In this document: piece by piece, positions 59,010 through 64,000 of the stretch
How the letters are laid out: the number at the start of each line of letters is the position of its first letter
How positions within the stretch are numbered: the stretch's first letter is position 1
NCBI GenBank assembly: GCA_963827275.1
Contig: CAWHAA010000010.1
Coordinates: 352,001 to 416,000, forward strand
Reading direction: 5' to 3'
Source of the DNA: an uncultured Spirochaetota bacterium
Lineage (GTDB): Bacteria; Spirochaetota; UBA4802; UBA5550
Length of the DNA stretch: 64,000 nucleotides
Program-made: the position numbers and the translations under genes
Notes under the pieces: generated by a model
The model's input: the letters and a program-made list of their open reading frames with translations, nothing else
Told to the model about the DNA's origin: nothing
Databases searched by the model: none

Positions 59010-60440
59010 ATGCCCCTGCCCTCGCCCGGACGACGCTCCCCGAAAAAGGCGGCGTTCCCCCTGCCGGCCGCCCTGATCCTCGCCGCTCTCGCCATCATCG
59101 CGTCCGCGCACCCTTCAACCGCACGCCGCGCCCTGCGGCCGCTTTTCATACAGGTCCATATAACAAGCCCCGTCTCACGTATCTCGTCGGCGGACCTGCG
59201 TGCGCTGCTCGCCGGCGGACCTGCGCTGCCCGGGTCCTCCGGCAGACGGGGGGCGCGGATCTTCGCGGACAGCGCGATCGCGGACGGTCTCAGGCGGGCA
59301 TACCCCTCCCTCAGCGTCACTACCAGGTCATTCGCGGACGAGGGCCTGATGGCCGACCGGGGCTTTATCGGGATAAGCGACCTGCGCGGGCTCAGGCCCT
59401 GGTTCAAGGCGGTGTATCTGGACGGCGCCCTCCCCTGGGGCCGTCTCGGGGAGGACGGCTCTCTGGAGGAGACGGGTTCGTACCCGTTCGAGATGAAGGA
59501 AGCCGAACCCTGGGACCCAGCGAGCCACATTTCGATAGCCCAGACCGGCGTAACCGCCATGACCCGCGCCTTCATCCGCGCGGTCGACCGGTCGGGTGAC
59601 GTGCTCTCGCCGGTCAGGTACACGCGGAACATAACAGCGCGGGCCGACCTGGCCGTCACCTCCAGCGAAGTCTCCTTTCTCGAGCCCTGCTCCTGGCCGC
59701 TGAAGGACAGGATGCGCTTCTGCTCGCCGCTGCGCTTTTTCTCCATACTGGAGGCGTCAGGGTTCGATGTCATCGAGCTGACCGGGAACCACAACAACGA
59801 CTTCGGGAGCAGGCACGCCGCCGCATCAATCGACTTGATGGAACGGGCCGGCATGCGCTGGTTCGGCGGCGGAAGGGACAGGGGCGAGGCCGAATCGACG
59901 CTGTACGTCGGTATCAAGGGGAGGAAGATCGCCTTCCTCGGATACAATGAGCCGGGACCCGAGTACGCCTTCGCGACCGGCACAACCGCCGGGGCCGCGC
60001 GCTTTTCCGGCGCATCGTTCCAGCGCTCCATCGCCGCGGCCGCGGGAAAGGCGGATATCGTCTTTGTCTCGACGCAGTCGGCCAATGAGAACGACCCGGT
60101 CCCGTGGGAATCCCAGAAACGGCGCTTTCACCGCGCCGCGGAGCTCGGGGCCACCGTCATCGCCTCGTCCTCGGCGCACCGGCCCATGGGGATCGAGTTT
60201 TACCGGGGCAGGTTCATCTCATACGGGCTGGGGAACTTCCTCTTTGACCAGATGCAGAGCATCAATCACCGGCGGGGCATCATCGCGCGGCACCACTTCT
60301 ACAACGGGAGGCACGTTTCTACCGAACTCATCCCGTACATGATACATGACTACTCGCAGCCGCGGCCCCTCTCCGGTGCCGGCGCGCGCGAGTGCCTCGA
60401 GGAGGTGTTCAGGCACAGCATCGGGCCGGCGTTTCGATAG
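59010..60440 (+). CDS. CapA / PGA_cap family metallophosphoesterase-fold protein
   Basis: ELTGNHNNDFG, SSAHRP and SYGLGNFLFDQ. Confidence 0.85.
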   Translation: MPLPSPGRRSPKKAAFPLPAALILAALAIIASAHPSTARRALRPLFIQVHITSPVSRISSADLRALLAGGPALPGSSGRRGARIFADSAIADGLRRAYPSLSVTTRSFADEGLMADRGFIGISDLRGLRPWFKAVYLDGALPWGRLGEDGSLEETGSYPFEMKEAEPWDPASHISIAQTGVTAMTRAFIRAVDRSGDVLSPVRYTRNITARADLAVTSSEVSFLEPCSWPLKDRMRFCSPLRFFSILEASGFDVIELTGNHNNDFGSRHAAASIDLMERAGMRWFGGGRDRGEAESTLYVGIKGRKIAFLGYNEPGPEYAFATGTTAGAARFSGASFQRSIAAAAGKADIVFVSTQSANENDPVPWESQKRRFHRAAELGATVIASSSAHRPMGIEFYRGRFISYGLGNFLFDQMQSINHRRGIIARHHFYNGRHVSTELIPYMIHDYSQPRPLSGAGARECLEEVFRHSIGPAFR

Positions 60441-60538
60441 ATACCGGGTTGACCGGAAAATAATTGATTTTTATAGTTATGCGAACGGGCGGCGAGCTTG
60501 CCGGCGGGACAGGCTCGCCGCCCATCGAGTATTAATTT

Positions 60539-61684
60539 TCAGCGCAGCTTTTCCGCGATCATGAGGTTGGACTTCTCCGGCACGAAGCCGTAACCGAAAT
60601 CGAAGGGAAGCGGCCCCGCGGACCTCTTCTTCATCACCCCGTCGAGGTCCCGCTGAAAGCGGTTGGCGAACATGGCCAGGACGCGGTAGTTGCCGTAGAA
60701 GCTGAGCGCCCACTCCTTTTCTGAGAAATATTTATACGGGATGCCGCTGTCCTCCTGGACAAGGTACCGGCTCCCTGCCAGCAGGTAGGCGCGCAGTATC
60801 GTGAAGTTGTCGTAACTCAGGAGGTATGATGCCGACTTGAGGAACGTGGTGAACCCGCTCCGCTTGCTCAGGAACGACGAGAACCCCCTGAGTCTGGTGA
60901 GGGACCCGTCGGAAAGATCGACGCTGAAAAAGCGCGCCGTCTTTACCGGAGACCCCGCCCTCTTCCTGAACGTAAACTCCACTCCCCCGGTCACCGCGGC
61001 GCCGACCGGGGGGCGGTCATAGCCGATGTTCCCGTCCCTGTCGATGAAGATATTTGTAATGCCGAGTATCCGGTAATCGTACCGGGCGAGGAAAAACATC
61101 ATCACCCCGGTGATGTTGCTGAACGAGCCGGCGCTGAAGTCAGCCTTCATCTCGCTGGTGCGGAAAAGATTCAGGTCCAGTATCGTCCTCAACGAATTCC
61201 TGAGCCGCCAGAGCTCATTATACACCGTGCCGGCCGGCAGGCCGAGCGGCTCCGGCACGTCACCGGGCAGCTCCAGCCCTATCATCACATATTCATCAGC
61301 GCCCGGGAAAAACACGAGCGCGTTCAGGATGTCCGGCCCGCTGAAGGGATACATGACCAGCCCCGTTCCCTTTCCCGCGACATGTTTTCTTCTCCATGAT
61401 TCCATGTGTTTCAGGTTGCGGGCCCTGAACCGCTCCCACATGTCGTCGACACCCGCCCGGTACGCGCGGTACCGGTCGTCCCGGGTCAGTGGATACAGGG
61501 ACGATCCCCGCCGCACGGGGGTCCCCGCCAGGAACGCGGCCGTATCGTCAAGCGAGCGCGCGTCTTTGTAGAGCGACCGTACCTGCGACTCGCTGAGGCA
61601 CCTCCTGTCGCCGCACGATACGAACATGAGCCCGACCACGGAACAGAGCAGCAGCGCCGCGATGCCTTTTCTTGTCATATACAT
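60539..61684 (-). CDS. Hypothetical lipoprotein
   Basis: Lipobox FVSC and motif-like blocks YPFSGPD, KSASYL and QEDSGIP. Start uncertain. Confidence 0.65.
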   Translation of the reverse strand: MYMTRKGIAALLLCSVVGLMFVSCGDRRCLSESQVRSLYKDARSLDDTAAFLAGTPVRRGSSLYPLTRDDRYRAYRAGVDDMWERFRARNLKHMESWRRKHVAGKGTGLVMYPFSGPDILNALVFFPGADEYVMIGLELPGDVPEPLGLPAGTVYNELWRLRNSLRTILDLNLFRTSEMKADFSAGSFSNITGVMMFFLARYDYRILGITNIFIDRDGNIGYDRPPVGAAVTGGVEFTFRKRAGSPVKTARFFSVDLSDGSLTRLRGFSSFLSKRSGFTTFLKSASYLLSYDNFTILRAYLLAGSRYLVQEDSGIPYKYFSEKEWALSFYGNYRVLAMFANRFQRDLDGVMKKRSAGPLPFDFGYGFVPEKSNLMIAEKLR

Positions 61685-61716
61685 CCTCATCAATAAAAAA
61701 ATCAGCCTGTCAGCAG

Positions 61717-63999
61717 TCAAGCGTTGAAGCTTCTGTTGCCGTCGCCGGCCAGCAGCTGCGCCAGCTCGCGGGAAACATCCTCCATGGTATAGGGCTTCTG
61801 CAGAAAACCCTTCGCGCCCAGCGTGAGCACCTCGTCTATCCGCGCATCATTCCTGAAACCCGACGTGATCAGCACCTTTACCCCGGCATCCATGCCTTTC
61901 AGCTCTATGAATGTCTCCTTTCCCGAGCGCTTCGGCATCACCATGTCCAGTATGACGCCGTCGATCTCCCGATGCCTCTCCCTGAAGACCTCGATGCCCC
62001 GCTGGCCGTTCTCGGCAAGGATGACATCATACCCGAGAATGGACAGCATCTTCTCGCAGGTTTTTCGTATGGCCGGGTCGTCTTCGATCAGGAGGATGGT
62101 GCCCTCGCCGGAACGATGCTCCGTGTCAGGCGGCCCGTCAGTGTCACCGGCCGCATCATGCATCGATGACGGGATATAGACAGTAAAGGTGGTGCCCGTG
62201 CCGACCTCCGAATATACATCGATAAAGCCGTTATGCTGCTTTATGATATTGTACACCATTGCCAGCCCCAGCCCGGTCCCGCCAAGGCTCTCCTTTGTGG
62301 TGAAAAACGGGTCGAACACCCGCTCCCGGGTATCCTGGTCCATCCCGACGCCCGTATCGCTCACGCGCAGGCAGATGTACTCGGGCGATGTGGCATCGGA
62401 ATATTTTGCCGTGAAATCGCGGTCGGTCGTAAGCCGGTATAGTATCACCGCCAGCGTCCCGGCATGCTCGCCGCCCGGGCCCCGCATGATGGTCATCGCG
62501 TCGTGCGAATTGATGCACAGGTTCAGAAGCACCTGCTCGAGCTGCGTCTCGTCCCCCATGACGACCGCCGGGACAGCGGCATTGTACCGGAAATCGAGCT
62601 CTACCTTTTTGTCAAAGGTGTTCCTGCATATTTCATGCACATGCTCGATGATGCCGTTGAGGTCGGTGAGTCCCATCGTGAGCCGCTTGCGCTTCGATAT
62701 GGCGAGGATCTGCTCGACCATTTTCATGGCCCGCTCGGCCGATATTTTCAGCACCTCCATATCGTCCTTCAAATCATCGGAGTCTATCCGCTTGTTGTTT
62801 TTCAACTTGAACTCAATGAGCGATATTGATCCGATGATGCCCCCCAGGATGTTATTGAAGTCATGAGCGATACCGCCGGCGAGACTCCCGATGATCTCCA
62901 TCTTCTGCGACTGGATCAGGCGCTGTTCGAGCCGTTGTTTTTCCGTGACATCGCGTATGATCCCCCGTATGCCCGCTATCCCGCTGTCGGAGGTTGTCAC
63001 CGCCGCCTTGTTCTCGCCGATGATGACGCTCCCGTCCCTGCGCTTTACGGCATGGATGAAAACGGTTATCGTCGCGCCCTCCCGTCGATGGTCAAGGAGG
63101 CCTTTCATCGTTTCAAAATCCTCGGCGTCCATGATGGTGCCCAGCGGGAGCCCCGCCGCAAGGTCAGCGGGGCTGTATCCGGTCAGGAGGAAGCCGGTTT
63201 CGTTCAGGTAGGTGATGTTCAGGTTCATGTCAGTCTCATAGATGATGTCCGGGAGGAGCGCGGTAAGCTCCCGGTACTTTTTCTCCGACTGCCGGATCTC
63301 CTCCCCGCGCTTCTTCAGGTCAGACACCATGTTGTTGAACTGCTCCGATATGTAGCCGATTTCATCAAGTGACGCCACCTCGATGCGGTGGTCCAGGCTT
63401 CCCTTCTGGAGATGCTCTATCCCGTTCAGAAGGTTGCGGAGCGGCCGCACCAGGCTTATGGCGACCATGAACCGTATGAGGAAAAAGAGGAACACGACAA
63501 TCCCCAGCGAGGTGTTAAAGCCGATTGAGACAAATTCATGTATATACCTGCGGTAGGAAACATAGGGGAAGCCCGCCTGTATCAGGTACCGGTCGCTTCG
63601 CGCGTCGCGGAACAGGTAGATGTTTTTACCCAGCGTTTTAAAATGATAGCTGCCGTTGGTCAGCGATGCCGTCGCGCGTGTAACGGGCAACCGGGGCTGT
63701 CGGCCGACAAGGTATCTCTCACTGCCGTCTTCCCTGTTCAGCAGGGTGATGTATTCCGCGGAGCGGCCGTATCGCTTCGCATAATACGCCCGGTCAAGGA
63801 TGTTCCTCGACACGTCGAACTCTATCTGACGGACCGTCGTGTCGAGGGTGGCGAAATATCCCCGCTTGTATGACAGGAACGTGAACGAGGATATAATGTT
63901 GATGATGATAATGGCCAGAAAGAGTATGACAATGCCCGTTTTGTCGGAATAGTAGAACCCGATCCTGGCATGGTCGATGTAGGTCCAAAAAAAATAAAT
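61717..63999 (-). CDS. Hybrid sensor histidine kinase (TM-HAMP-PAS-HisKA-HATPase-REC), 5' end outside window
   Basis: Frame is open to the window edge. DEIGY (HAMP), RDVTE (PAS), GIAHDFNN, NLCINS, DTGVGM, FFTTK, GTGLGL, IEDD, LDMVMP and QKP. Confidence 0.93.
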   Translation of the reverse strand: MYFFWTYIDHARIGFYYSDKTGIVILFLAIIIINIISSFTFLSYKRGYFATLDTTVRQIEFDVSRNILDRAYYAKRYGRSAEYITLLNREDGSERYLVGRQPRLPVTRATASLTNGSYHFKTLGKNIYLFRDARSDRYLIQAGFPYVSYRRYIHEFVSIGFNTSLGIVVFLFFLIRFMVAISLVRPLRNLLNGIEHLQKGSLDHRIEVASLDEIGYISEQFNNMVSDLKKRGEEIRQSEKKYRELTALLPDIIYETDMNLNITYLNETGFLLTGYSPADLAAGLPLGTIMDAEDFETMKGLLDHRREGATITVFIHAVKRRDGSVIIGENKAAVTTSDSGIAGIRGIIRDVTEKQRLEQRLIQSQKMEIIGSLAGGIAHDFNNILGGIIGSISLIEFKLKNNKRIDSDDLKDDMEVLKISAERAMKMVEQILAISKRKRLTMGLTDLNGIIEHVHEICRNTFDKKVELDFRYNAAVPAVVMGDETQLEQVLLNLCINSHDAMTIMRGPGGEHAGTLAVILYRLTTDRDFTAKYSDATSPEYICLRVSDTGVGMDQDTRERVFDPFFTTKESLGGTGLGLAMVYNIIKQHNGFIDVYSEVGTGTTFTVYIPSSMHDAAGDTDGPPDTEHRSGEGTILLIEDDPAIRKTCEKMLSILGYDVILAENGQRGIEVFRERHREIDGVILDMVMPKRSGKETFIELKGMDAGVKVLITSGFRNDARIDEVLTLGAKGFLQKPYTMEDVSRELAQLLAGDGNRSFNA

Positions 64000-64000
64000 C

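Overview
Gene-dense, GC-rich bacterial chromosomal window made mostly of core and metabolic genes. Gene content and lipoprotein style suggest a free-living Spirochaetota-like organism (inference only). It contains mnmA; a dprA-(heme protein)-topA-xerC operon; a second divergent dprA next to mltG; an acyl-CoA catabolic operon facing a membrane-anchored AraC regulator; a U32 hydroxylase, hisS, an RsmG-TrmH fusion, apt, htrA, rel and maf; ylbF-ssb; a cyclic-nucleotide signalling cluster; a selenium cluster with UGA-recoded selD; an MBOAT/SGNH/CapA surface-modification set; and a truncated hybrid histidine kinase. No rRNA, tRNA, transposase, prophage or CRISPR-Cas was found. Five genes, including topA, carry indels that look like assembly errors. 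The two strongest leads are (1) a ~44-bp tandem repeat with a palindromic ACCGATA-GT-TATCGGT core, found twice, upstream of dprA and upstream of a tail-less ssb, and (2) an operon pairing a cNMP-GGDEF-DHH/DHHA1 make-and-break enzyme with a degenerate cNMP-RGDEF paralog and a stand-alone helical protein. All calls come from reading motifs; no database search was run.
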